From a bacterium (lineage in GTDB: Bacteria; Patescibacteriota; UBA1384; 2-12-FULL-50-11): 64,000 bases of DNA. A model generated the notes under the pieces. That model made no database searches. It was not told where the DNA came from and saw only the letters and a program-made list of their open reading frames with translations. Position 1 is the stretch's first letter; each line of letters begins with the position of its first letter. This document shows, piece after piece, positions 55,995 through 64,000 of this stretch. The position numbers and the translations under genes were made by a program. The stretch is taken from assembly GCA_021463485.1 (NCBI GenBank), contig JAJTYJ010000001.1, positions 65,378 to 129,377 on the forward strand. Reading direction: 5' to 3'.

Positions 55995-57605
55995 CTACGT
56001 CTGAGTAGAACGTCTGTTGCGGATCATCTGCCATTGCTCTAGATTAAACACTTTACTCCAAGCAAAGTAAAACAGTAGTCCTACCGCTAATCCAAACAAT
56101 AGTTCAATTAGATTCTGCGCGGACGGACTATTAGTAAAAAGTGCGCTAACAGTCGGTGAGACGACGTAAGCAACAGTAAAGACTGCTGTCGTCATTAGCC
56201 CACCGACTAACACCAGCAGCACGTTCTTTTTGCCGTCTGTATCGTAAAAGAAACTTCGCAGTGGGACACCTATTGTCGACCATAGTAGTAAGGCGTTAAT
56301 TATTGAACCAATCGAAAAGGCGAGCGCGAGCCCAGCCACACCGAGCGTGGTTGCGCGAGCGCTCCACCAGGCAAAAAGAAGTGCGACCGCAATCGAGCAG
56401 ACGCTATAGATAGTGGGGCGCATCGTGTCTGAGCGCGCAAAATACGCTCGCGCCAAAAGTAGTACGGCACCTTGAAAGAATATTGAAATTACGAAATACG
56501 AAAAGGTCTTGATCGCCATTATTGTTTCAGCTGGGTCGATACTATGACCGATCGAGATATATAAACCGATAATTTGTGTTCTAAACAGTAAAAGATATAT
56601 CGTCGCGGGTAGAAAAATAAATAGGAGTAGACGAAGCGCCTTGCCGACAAGTTGTTGGTACTCTTCCTTTTGATCCTTAGCAAATTTGCGCGTAAAGTCC
56701 GGTAAAATCGCCATCGCTAACGTATTAGCGAGTAGCAACACGGGTGCGGTTTGTAGATCGTCGGTCAGGCGATAAATAGCGATCGAACCAGCCGAAAAAT
56801 CTGAGGCGATGCGATAGAAAGCGATCAACAACAACTGCGTACTAGTGAGAGCAATTGTTCTTGGGATCATTAGTTTAAACACCTGACGAACTAAACCGCT
56901 GCCAAAACTAATCTCAAAACTAAAACGCCAACCTAGTCGCAGTAAACTTGGAAGCTGAACGAGAAAATGCGCCGCTGCCCCTAAGATTACTCCAAAAACG
57001 AGAACCGGTAAGCCGAATCTGGGGATAAGCAGGGCGCCCGTAATAATTGAGACGTTGTAAACGATCGGCGCTAATGCCGGCGCAAAAAACATTTTCTTTG
57101 CCTGCAGTGCCGAGGTTGAGAGCTGGGAAACAGTAAAGAACAACGGGCTTAACAGCATCGCCTGCGCTAACTCAGTCGTCTGCCGGATATCAATATCTGT
57201 AAAACCTGGGAACAATCGCGGCATTAACCAGGGCAGCATAAAATATAGCGCAGCTAGACCGAAAATAATTGCCGTAAATCCGGTCGAGAGTAGCGTATTA
57301 AACGTCTGCCAAAATTTCTGATCGTTCTCCTCGGTATCGATTTTTACCAGTAGCGGGAGGATTGCCGAGCTGAGCGCACCGACGATTAAAATACTGTAAA
57401 GAAAATCAGGTAGAACAAAGGCGGCGTAGTAATTATCGAGCGGACCTATCGAGCCGTAGGTTACGCCAACCCGATTGGCGATAATAATATTACGAATAAG
57501 CCCCAGCACGTTGCTAATTAGTACCGTCACAAACAAGATACCGACCGCCTGCTTCAAGTTGTGCGACTGATAGAACAAGTTGGTGATGCGGCGGATTGGC
57601 GACAT
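55995..57605 (-). CDS. murJ: Lipid II flippase MurJ (MOP/MVF family)
   Basis: 536 aa, about 14 TM, MviN-like N-terminal block (IIANRVGVTYG..LD). Confidence 0.6.
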   Translation of the reverse strand: MSPIRRITNLFYQSHNLKQAVGILFVTVLISNVLGLIRNIIIANRVGVTYGSIGPLDNYYAAFVLPDFLYSILIVGALSSAILPLLVKIDTEENDQKFWQTFNTLLSTGFTAIIFGLAALYFMLPWLMPRLFPGFTDIDIRQTTELAQAMLLSPLFFTVSQLSTSALQAKKMFFAPALAPIVYNVSIITGALLIPRFGLPVLVFGVILGAAAHFLVQLPSLLRLGWRFSFEISFGSGLVRQVFKLMIPRTIALTSTQLLLIAFYRIASDFSAGSIAIYRLTDDLQTAPVLLLANTLAMAILPDFTRKFAKDQKEEYQQLVGKALRLLLFIFLPATIYLLLFRTQIIGLYISIGHSIDPAETIMAIKTFSYFVISIFFQGAVLLLARAYFARSDTMRPTIYSVCSIAVALLFAWWSARATTLGVAGLALAFSIGSIINALLLWSTIGVPLRSFFYDTDGKKNVLLVLVGGLMTTAVFTVAYVVSPTVSALFTNSPSAQNLIELLFGLAVGLLFYFAWSKVFNLEQWQMIRNRRSTQT

Positions 57606-58921
57606 TATTTACTTCTTGCCAGACGGATAAACAGCATGCCGAATAAAATCATCCCCGCTGCCACCAAAAACAGTAGAGCCGCGTTATTCGGCGTGATCTG
57701 AATCGGACCCGGGAACTTATACATCGGCTCGGTGTGATCTGCGATCGAAGGATCGAACGTAAGTTTCGCCTGCGCAACCTCCCGCTCGCCAGCACGAACA
57801 GATAAGGCAACGCTTTGATTGGTTGTGATAGTAGAAGAAACGGTCGCGACCGTTATTCCGTTCAGTGCTCGCTGCTCAATAACTTGTGCGCTTCCCGACA
57901 CTGGCACAACAGTTAGCTGCTCACTACTTACTTTCCCCTGATCGTCACGAGCGGCGATCACAACTTTAGCGGTCTTAGTAGCGACTTCCGGCAACACTGC
58001 CACGCTCGTCAGTTTCTGGTCAGCAACACCGCCGCCAGCGCTTGATGTGACAAAGCTTTTCGTTTGTGTTTTTAGAGAAGTTTTTTTGTCTTCGGAGTAA
58101 ACTACAAGCTGATAATAATACCGTGTCTCTGGTTCGAGAGCTGAGAAGTCGATTAGATGGTGCTGCGATAGCTCGCTTGCTTCAATCGTCAGCGGTAAGT
58201 CGTTAGTATTGCCAAAACGAACGCTTACCCCACCAACGTACTTCAGCGAAACAAGCAACTTCGCAGCGACATCGGAAACAACTGGCTCGTTACGCAGCAC
58301 CTTTTGCGCCGAGAAAGTCGGGAGAACTTCGGCAGACTTCGTTAACGTTTCGGTTGGCTTCGCCGCCTCCCCGTTTCGCTCAGAGATAATTCCGCTACTA
58401 TCCTGGATTGAAACAATTGCGTTATAAAGCGCCGGCGAACGACTCGAATCAATCGCTGTGATACTGCTGTCGCTCTGACGGAAACGAACTGTCGCTTGGC
58501 CCTCGGCTATTGTTTTGAACGTTACCGAACCAAACGTTACCTCTCCGCTCAACTGTACCGTCGTGCCGAATTCCGTAGACGGAAGAAGCGTCCAAGCCAC
58601 CACCCCTTCGTCAGCCACGCTTTGCAAACTAGTAAATGGGGGAGTTACTGTTGTTTCAGAAAACTCCAATAATGACTGATCGTATTCCAAGTAAAACTGT
58701 GCCCCAGCAATCACTGCCGCACCCTGAATATTGGCTTTGACTTGTAGGGTGACGTTGGAGTTAGGTTTGCGCGAGAACGTCGTCGGCGAGATAAAGAGTG
58801 ACGAATCAACTTGGTCGGCTTTAAAATAAACGTTTTGTAACACCATCGATCCAAAGAGCAGTACTGCAGTAATAAAACTTAGAATAATAAACACCGCTCG
58901 ACTCGACAGCGCTCGTTTCAT
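57605..58921 (-). CDS. Hypothetical surface protein (N-terminal signal anchor, C-terminal TM plus basic tail)
   Basis: 438 aa, T/S-rich, ends with a TM segment followed by RLARSK. Confidence 0.4.
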   Translation of the reverse strand: MKRALSSRAVFIILSFITAVLLFGSMVLQNVYFKADQVDSSLFISPTTFSRKPNSNVTLQVKANIQGAAVIAGAQFYLEYDQSLLEFSETTVTPPFTSLQSVADEGVVAWTLLPSTEFGTTVQLSGEVTFGSVTFKTIAEGQATVRFRQSDSSITAIDSSRSPALYNAIVSIQDSSGIISERNGEAAKPTETLTKSAEVLPTFSAQKVLRNEPVVSDVAAKLLVSLKYVGGVSVRFGNTNDLPLTIEASELSQHHLIDFSALEPETRYYYQLVVYSEDKKTSLKTQTKSFVTSSAGGGVADQKLTSVAVLPEVATKTAKVVIAARDDQGKVSSEQLTVVPVSGSAQVIEQRALNGITVATVSSTITTNQSVALSVRAGEREVAQAKLTFDPSIADHTEPMYKFPGPIQITPNNAALLFLVAAGMILFGMLFIRLARSK

Positions 58922-59472
58922 TACTCAATCTTCCCCCAGGGCTTACTGTCCGGTCGATCGGCGCCAACCCCTTTATTTATGCGCACAGTCACAACATCAT
59001 CAACCGAAACTTTACCGTCCCCTGTGATGTCGGCTAGGCCGCCGATGGAGTACAGCGCATCAGTAACCAACTTCTCGTCAGCTGCGTCGATTGCGTTATC
59101 TTTAGTTACATCACCGAGGCGGATAGGTACGGTGATAGACCGAGTGAGGGGAGTGCTTACGACTACTGAGCTAGCGAGCGACGTCGGTAGCTTCATGAAA
59201 ACTGCGTACTCACCAGACGACGCTGGAAGATAATTTTTGAGAAGTACTGTTCGGCATTCTCTAACTGGGACCGACCGATCAACTAAGGGTTTCGGGTCGT
59301 TAACAGCCGCAACTAGCAGCCATATTTTCTCCGGGCAGATGTCGTTAGGTATCTCTGAGAGCGTTAAAACCGGAGTCGCCGTTGGGGACGACGCGGCGAG
59401 CGGCTGGTAATAAAACGAGTAGTAACCAAACGCGATTAGAGCGATCACGATTGTCCCGAAGAAATACTTCAT
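58921..59472 (-). CDS. Hypothetical secreted protein with dockerin-like Ca-binding repeats
   Basis: DVTKDNAIDAADEKLV and DITGDGKVSVDDVVTV resemble dockerin type I repeat pairs. Confidence 0.35.
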   Translation of the reverse strand: MKYFFGTIVIALIAFGYYSFYYQPLAASSPTATPVLTLSEIPNDICPEKIWLLVAAVNDPKPLVDRSVPVRECRTVLLKNYLPASSGEYAVFMKLPTSLASSVVVSTPLTRSITVPIRLGDVTKDNAIDAADEKLVTDALYSIGGLADITGDGKVSVDDVVTVRINKGVGADRPDSKPWGKIE

Positions 59473-59520
59473 TCTTGTTTTAGACTATCACGAACCAGTT
59501 ACGACGGTCTATGCTCGTAA

Positions 59521-59769
59521 CTACTTATTCGTCTTCATTAGTAATCTGGCGACAAAGTAACCGAATATAAAAAGTATGAGAACGATGGTGTTTATTCCAA
59601 GAAGCGGCAGAAGAATACTCGGCTCGTTTACTGACCCACTGCAATTCTCAGTACAAAGTATCGCTGCGTCGTAAAAGAATTGCCGACCGTACAAAAGAAT
59701 AAATACAAGATTAGCCAGCAGCGTCACCACAACTATTGCAAATAGATAGGCAGCCGCAAATCGTTTCAT
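59521..59769 (-). CDS. Hypothetical small membrane protein
   Basis: 82 aa, 2 TM. Confidence 0.3.
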   Translation of the reverse strand: MKRFAAAYLFAIVVVTLLANLVFILLYGRQFFYDAAILCTENCSGSVNEPSILLPLLGINTIVLILFIFGYFVARLLMKTNK

Positions 59770-59814
59770 GTGTTTAGCGTACTCTAATCGAGGAAACTAG
59801 GCTACGATAAGGTC

Positions 59815-61392
59815 ATGATCCGAATTTTCCAAATATCGCTCTTTGCGATACTGCTGTTGTGCCTAGCTGGGCAAGCACGCAGCGCCGCGCCGATGCAACA
59901 GCTCAGTATTGAGACAGTTCTAAATCAGAACGGATCGGTTCAGGTCGCACAGAGATTAACGTACAACACTCCTGTTCAGCTCGAATGGGAGGTTTTTTCG
60001 AATATCAGAAAACTTGCTGTTAGCGCCGACGGTAGTGACATCGACGACTCTCGCTACTCGGTTGGTAAGATTGGTAACCACCACGTAGTCCGCGCAAAGC
60101 AGCTCGCTCGAGAATGGAAAATTACGTATACAACGACCACAACGCTAGTTAGAAACAATAATCGCGATCAAATTTTTATAAAAATTTTTCAGGAGATTCC
60201 TGATCCAATCTATAACGTCTCTGTCAGTTTCTCGTTGCCGACTAAAGATATGACCGAAGGACTAACTGGAAACGCATTTGCAATTTCCGGGGTTTCAAAC
60301 CCTAAAACGACTGTCCGAAATAATACAGTTGTGTATAGCGCCGAATACGCTGCTCCGGGATCGTTGTTTACAATCAGTGCTAGTTGGCCGAAACGAGTTC
60401 TTTCATTAACTAAAGTTCAGGAAATACGACTATATCTAACAAATTTAGAGGTTTTACCGTGGCTGACGCTTGGAATACTGCTACCAATTATCGGCCTGTC
60501 GATGTTGCTACTACTATACAGACGTCAACGCCTCGACCGTGTGCCTGTTACTTCGGTCCTCGACCGCCCCCCGAGCCAGCTTTCAGCGCTGTTGGTCGGT
60601 GTGCTTGTACAAAAGAAGATACACCCCCGGGTAATTGTGGCGTTGCTTGTAGAACTTTGTCGACGCGGCTATATCGTTATTGTTGAGCGAACGGGGCAGT
60701 ATTATCTAAGCCAACGCAAGCCGTTCGATGAGCATCTAACAAGTTGGGAGCGCAATATCCTTGAAGAGCTTTTCCCAGATCACGGCAAGCTCGCAACTGA
60801 GGGGCTGCAAGAGATCACAGATAGCTCGCTGTTTAGCCCAAAAGTCCGAGACGCGTTCGGACAAGTGTATCAAATCATTACCGAACAAAACTTTTTCTTA
60901 GAGAACCCACACTTGACCCGAGTTAAGTATAAACTTTTCGGTTTAGCGCTATACTTTACCAGCGCCATCGGGCTGCTTTGGGTAGCGATTGTCGGTGCGT
61001 CGCCGTATTTAAGCATACCGCTCGGTGGCACGATGCTAGTCTCGTTTCTGATTATTCGATTGACGCCCAAGTTAGTTCGATACAGCGAAGCGGGTATTAC
61101 AACCCGCAGAGACTGGATATCGTTCGGTAACTTTTTAGGGCTAAAGGAACCGTTACCGCTAGAGAGTACTCGTAACCACACCTTCGAGTTATATCTCCCT
61201 TACGCTATTGCTCTGAATAAAACTAAGGAATGGGCCGAGCGATTCGACCGATCGAGCACTACTATTATAAAACCCGATTGGTTTATTACGTACAAAGAGT
61301 CCTCAACTACTCAATTCGTTGAAGACATCACCGAGTTAACCGACTCGATCTCAAAAACGATCACGACCCTCAGGGGACCGTTGGTTTCTTAA
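59815..61392 (+). CDS. DUF2207-like membrane protein
   Basis: Signal peptide, extracellular domain, central TM followed by a basic stretch, C-terminal TMs; 525 aa. Confidence 0.35.
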   Translation: MIRIFQISLFAILLLCLAGQARSAAPMQQLSIETVLNQNGSVQVAQRLTYNTPVQLEWEVFSNIRKLAVSADGSDIDDSRYSVGKIGNHHVVRAKQLAREWKITYTTTTTLVRNNNRDQIFIKIFQEIPDPIYNVSVSFSLPTKDMTEGLTGNAFAISGVSNPKTTVRNNTVVYSAEYAAPGSLFTISASWPKRVLSLTKVQEIRLYLTNLEVLPWLTLGILLPIIGLSMLLLLYRRQRLDRVPVTSVLDRPPSQLSALLVGVLVQKKIHPRVIVALLVELCRRGYIVIVERTGQYYLSQRKPFDEHLTSWERNILEELFPDHGKLATEGLQEITDSSLFSPKVRDAFGQVYQIITEQNFFLENPHLTRVKYKLFGLALYFTSAIGLLWVAIVGASPYLSIPLGGTMLVSFLIIRLTPKLVRYSEAGITTRRDWISFGNFLGLKEPLPLESTRNHTFELYLPYAIALNKTKEWAERFDRSSTTIIKPDWFITYKESSTTQFVEDITELTDSISKTITTLRGPLVS

Positions 61393-61922
61393 GGACGACT
61401 CGGTAACTTTGCGATATTTACCAACGCTTTACCGATTATAAACGACTCTGGGACCGCCCCCCAGGCACGCGAGTCTGAGCTTGCAACTCTATTATCTCCA
61501 AGAACAAAGTATTCTCCCTCGACTAATTTTCGCTCGAGATTCGGGATCGTGAGTAGCTCTGGACTGAGATAACCTTCAACTAAGAGCGTGCCGTTTACGT
61601 AAACCAGCCCATCAGCAATTCGAATCGTCTCGCCGGGCAGCCCGACAACCCGTTTGATAAAACGTTTCTGTGTCTCGCCGGGAAAAAACATCGCGATAAC
61701 ATCGCCGCGCTTCGGTGTTGAAACGATGTAAGCAATTTTGTTAACACCAACTACATCGCCGTCGACGTAGTTCGGTTCCATACTCTTGCCTCGGACAATC
61801 AGTACCGAAAAGAAAAAATAATGGCTCAATAACCCGATCATCAGAAAAATCGTCGCGATCTTGGTGAAATCGTATGTCCAACCAGAAACCCAGAATAATT
61901 TCTCTAAAACCGTATTTTTCAT
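61389..61922 (-). CDS. lepB: Signal peptidase I (S26 family)
   Basis: VRGKSMEPN (Ser box), GDNRVASSDSRAWG (box E), N-terminal TM. Confidence 0.8.
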   Translation of the reverse strand: MKNTVLEKLFWVSGWTYDFTKIATIFLMIGLLSHYFFFSVLIVRGKSMEPNYVDGDVVGVNKIAYIVSTPKRGDVIAMFFPGETQKRFIKRVVGLPGETIRIADGLVYVNGTLLVEGYLSPELLTIPNLERKLVEGEYFVLGDNRVASSDSRAWGAVPESFIIGKALVNIAKLPSRP

Positions 61923-61936
61923 CCCCTCCTTCGGGT

Positions 61937-63748
61937 TTAGCCTCGTACTGGTTTTAGTGTAGCAAAGATGGCGGCAAGCTCAGCGTCCTCGAGCGTTTCT
62001 TCTTTAAGTAACGCCTCAGCCATAACTTTTAAAGTCTTAAGCTCTTTACTTAGAAGTTTTAAGGCAGTCTCCCAGGCATTGGTGATAATTTTCGTAATCT
62101 CTTCGTCGATGAGTGCCGCTAACTTTTCCGAATGGACTCTATGCATTCCCATCTCCCGACCAAGAAATACCATCTCTTCGCGCTCGCCAACCTTAATCGG
62201 TCCGAGTCGGCTCATACCAAACACGGTTACCATATTCCGTGCAATAGCCGTCGCGCGCTCAAGATCATTGCTGGCACCAGTTGTTACGGTGTTAAAGATA
62301 ATCTGTTCGGCTGCCCGTCCACCAAGAAGCTGTACAATTTCCTGCTCAAATTTTTTCTGTGGGATTAGTTTGCGATCTTCGTTAGGCAGACTCAGCGTAT
62401 AGCCAAGGGCCATTCCCCTAGAAACGATCGAAACTTTGTGAACGTCATCGAGCTCGGGAAGAATATGACCGAGGATTGCATGTCCGGCCTCGTGGTACGC
62501 GACAGTTTTGCGTTCGCTCTCCGTCATTAGGTAACTCGTTCGCTCAGGACCGAGTAACGTTTTATCGATTGCGTGTCGCAAATCTTTCTGATCGATTTTC
62601 TTTTTACCGTCACGTGCTGCCAGTATCGCCGCCTCGTTCATAACATTGCGCAGATCTGCTCCGGACAAACCAGGTGTACCTTTAGCGACTTCTTCTAGAT
62701 CTACTTTTGAGTCGAGCGGTTTGTTAGCGGCGTGGATTTTTAAAATTGCTGCGCGTTCGGCTCGATCCGGCAAATCGAGCGAAACTTTTCGATCGAATCT
62801 TCCTGGTCGCAAGAGGGCTGGGTCAAGAACGTCAGGACGGTTAGTTGCCGCCAATACAATTACGTTAGCGTCGGTATCAAATCCGTCCATCTCAACTAGA
62901 ATTTGGTTTAACGTTTGCTCACGCTCGTCGTGTGAGCCGCCCAAACCAGTACCGCGCTGTCGCCCAACCGCGTCTAGTTCGTCGATAAAAATAACCGTGG
63001 GCGCAAGACGCTTCGCTTTGGTAAATAGATCGCGCACGCGCGACGCACCGACCCCGACAAACATCTCGACGAATTCAGAAGCAGATAACGACAGAAACGG
63101 GACGTTCGCTTCGCCGGCTACTGCTTTCGCCAAAAGCGTCTTTCCAACGCCAGCTGGGCCGATAAGTAGTACGCCTCTTGGGATCTCCGCTCCGAGCGCT
63201 TTAAACTTGGCCGGACTTTTTAGAAACTCAACTATTTCAACTAGTTCCTGTTTAGCGTGTTTCATCCCCGCCACATCAGCGAACGTGACACGCTTCTCTC
63301 CCATGTACGATCGGGCAGTGGTTTTACCAAACGACATCGCTTGCATATTGCCGCTTTGAGCGCGGCGAGTTAAAAAGTACAGTAACGCCGCAATTAGAAG
63401 AAATGGCAGAAAGATCGAGGCTAGCGTCGACCAAACCGCGCCGGAATCCGGGTTTTTAATGTCAACAATCACTTTCTCAGAGGTAATTCCGTAGTCTTTT
63501 AACCCCTGGCTAGACTCTTTATAGCTCACAAGTTCTGTTTTATCTTTTTTGACAGCGGTAACTTTATTACCCTCGACAATCACTTTTTCAACAGTTCCGG
63601 CTGCGATTTCGCTACTTATTTGAGAGATCGGGACATCTTGAGGTTTCTCTACCGATTGAAAACTAAATAAACTCCAAACAACGGCGATTAAAAATACAAT
63701 TGTTAAAGCCGAGAAGATTTGGCGCCATAAACGATTACGTGTATTCAT
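61937..63748 (-). CDS. ftsH: ATP-dependent zinc metalloprotease FtsH
   Basis: GPAGVGKT Walker A, IIFIDELD Walker B, HEAGHA zinc motif, 2 N-terminal TM. Confidence 0.9.
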   Translation of the reverse strand: MNTRNRLWRQIFSALTIVFLIAVVWSLFSFQSVEKPQDVPISQISSEIAAGTVEKVIVEGNKVTAVKKDKTELVSYKESSQGLKDYGITSEKVIVDIKNPDSGAVWSTLASIFLPFLLIAALLYFLTRRAQSGNMQAMSFGKTTARSYMGEKRVTFADVAGMKHAKQELVEIVEFLKSPAKFKALGAEIPRGVLLIGPAGVGKTLLAKAVAGEANVPFLSLSASEFVEMFVGVGASRVRDLFTKAKRLAPTVIFIDELDAVGRQRGTGLGGSHDEREQTLNQILVEMDGFDTDANVIVLAATNRPDVLDPALLRPGRFDRKVSLDLPDRAERAAILKIHAANKPLDSKVDLEEVAKGTPGLSGADLRNVMNEAAILAARDGKKKIDQKDLRHAIDKTLLGPERTSYLMTESERKTVAYHEAGHAILGHILPELDDVHKVSIVSRGMALGYTLSLPNEDRKLIPQKKFEQEIVQLLGGRAAEQIIFNTVTTGASNDLERATAIARNMVTVFGMSRLGPIKVGEREEMVFLGREMGMHRVHSEKLAALIDEEITKIITNAWETALKLLSKELKTLKVMAEALLKEETLEDAELAAIFATLKPVRG

Positions 63749-63911
63749 TTATTTGTAAACTTTCTTATGCGCGTATTCTGAATGCCTGCTCGATGATTAC
63801 GATTTGTCATAACCAGATTGTACCGAGATAGAGAGCGACAATCAACGTAAGAACCTCGATCGGCGAACCGAGGGTGGTTTTTTGCCCTAGATTGCCTTAT
63901 AATGCCTAATT

Positions 63912-63982
63912 AGCGGGGTGGAGGAATGGTACCTCGAGTGGCTCATAACCACTAGGCGCACGTTCGAATCGTGCCCCCGCTA
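63912..63982 (+). tRNA. tRNA-Met (anticodon CAT; elongator Met or tRNA-Ile2)
   Basis: AGCGGGG acceptor, AGTGG-CTCATAA-CCACT anticodon arm, GCACGTTCGAATCGTGC T-arm, CCCCGCT+A. Confidence 0.7.
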
Positions 63983-64000
63983 CTATGTAAAATACCTCCA

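Noticed and set aside
1-64000. Search for CRISPR arrays, rRNA genes, IS transposases
   Set aside because: No regularly spaced direct repeats with unique spacers, no rRNA-like conserved blocks, no DDE transposase ORFs; the only recombinases are serine-type

Overview
Overview: 64 kb window from a small-genome, roughly 48% GC bacterium, plausibly a Candidate Phyla Radiation / Saccharibacteria-like lineage (RNase Y, short four-domain S1, many overlapping genes); the lineage call is inference only. Backbone genes: GrpE (partial), ComEC (split into two ORFs), YebC, RuvC, RecG, ComEA, rpsA, NrnA, RNase Y, HU-like, LepA, MurJ, LepB, FtsH, GlpX, and a glycan-metabolism cluster. Eleven tRNAs were found by eye: Leu-TAG, Phe-GAA, Leu-TAA, Val-TAC, Pro-CGG, Pro-GGG, Arg-CCT, Pro-TGG, Trp-CCA, Met-CAT. 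No rRNA and no CRISPR array were seen. Main accessory feature: an approximately 23.5 kb integrated conjugative/mobilizable island at about 25.3-48.8 kb, inserted next to tRNA-Pro(TGG) with a large serine recombinase and a 14-nt copy of the tRNA 3' end at the far side. It carries a minimal type IV secretion set: M23 hydrolase, a split VirB4, a VirB3-like protein, a VirB6-like protein with a fused pilin-like N-terminus, a VirB2-like pilin, and a VirD4 coupling protein. It also carries a Fic / AbiTii-like / voltage-gated K+ channel operon. Most notably it carries a complete diversity-generating retroelement: RT with LGxxxSQ motif, Avd, and a TR/VR pair showing adenine-specific mismatches. The DGR diversifies the C-terminal lectin-like tail of a MoxR-type AAA+ ATPase that sits in a vWA(HExxH)-small protein-MoxR three-gene operon (a vWA-MoxR NTP-dependent conflict system). 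Several tRNAs are flanked by partial self-repeats, suggesting old integration/excision scars.
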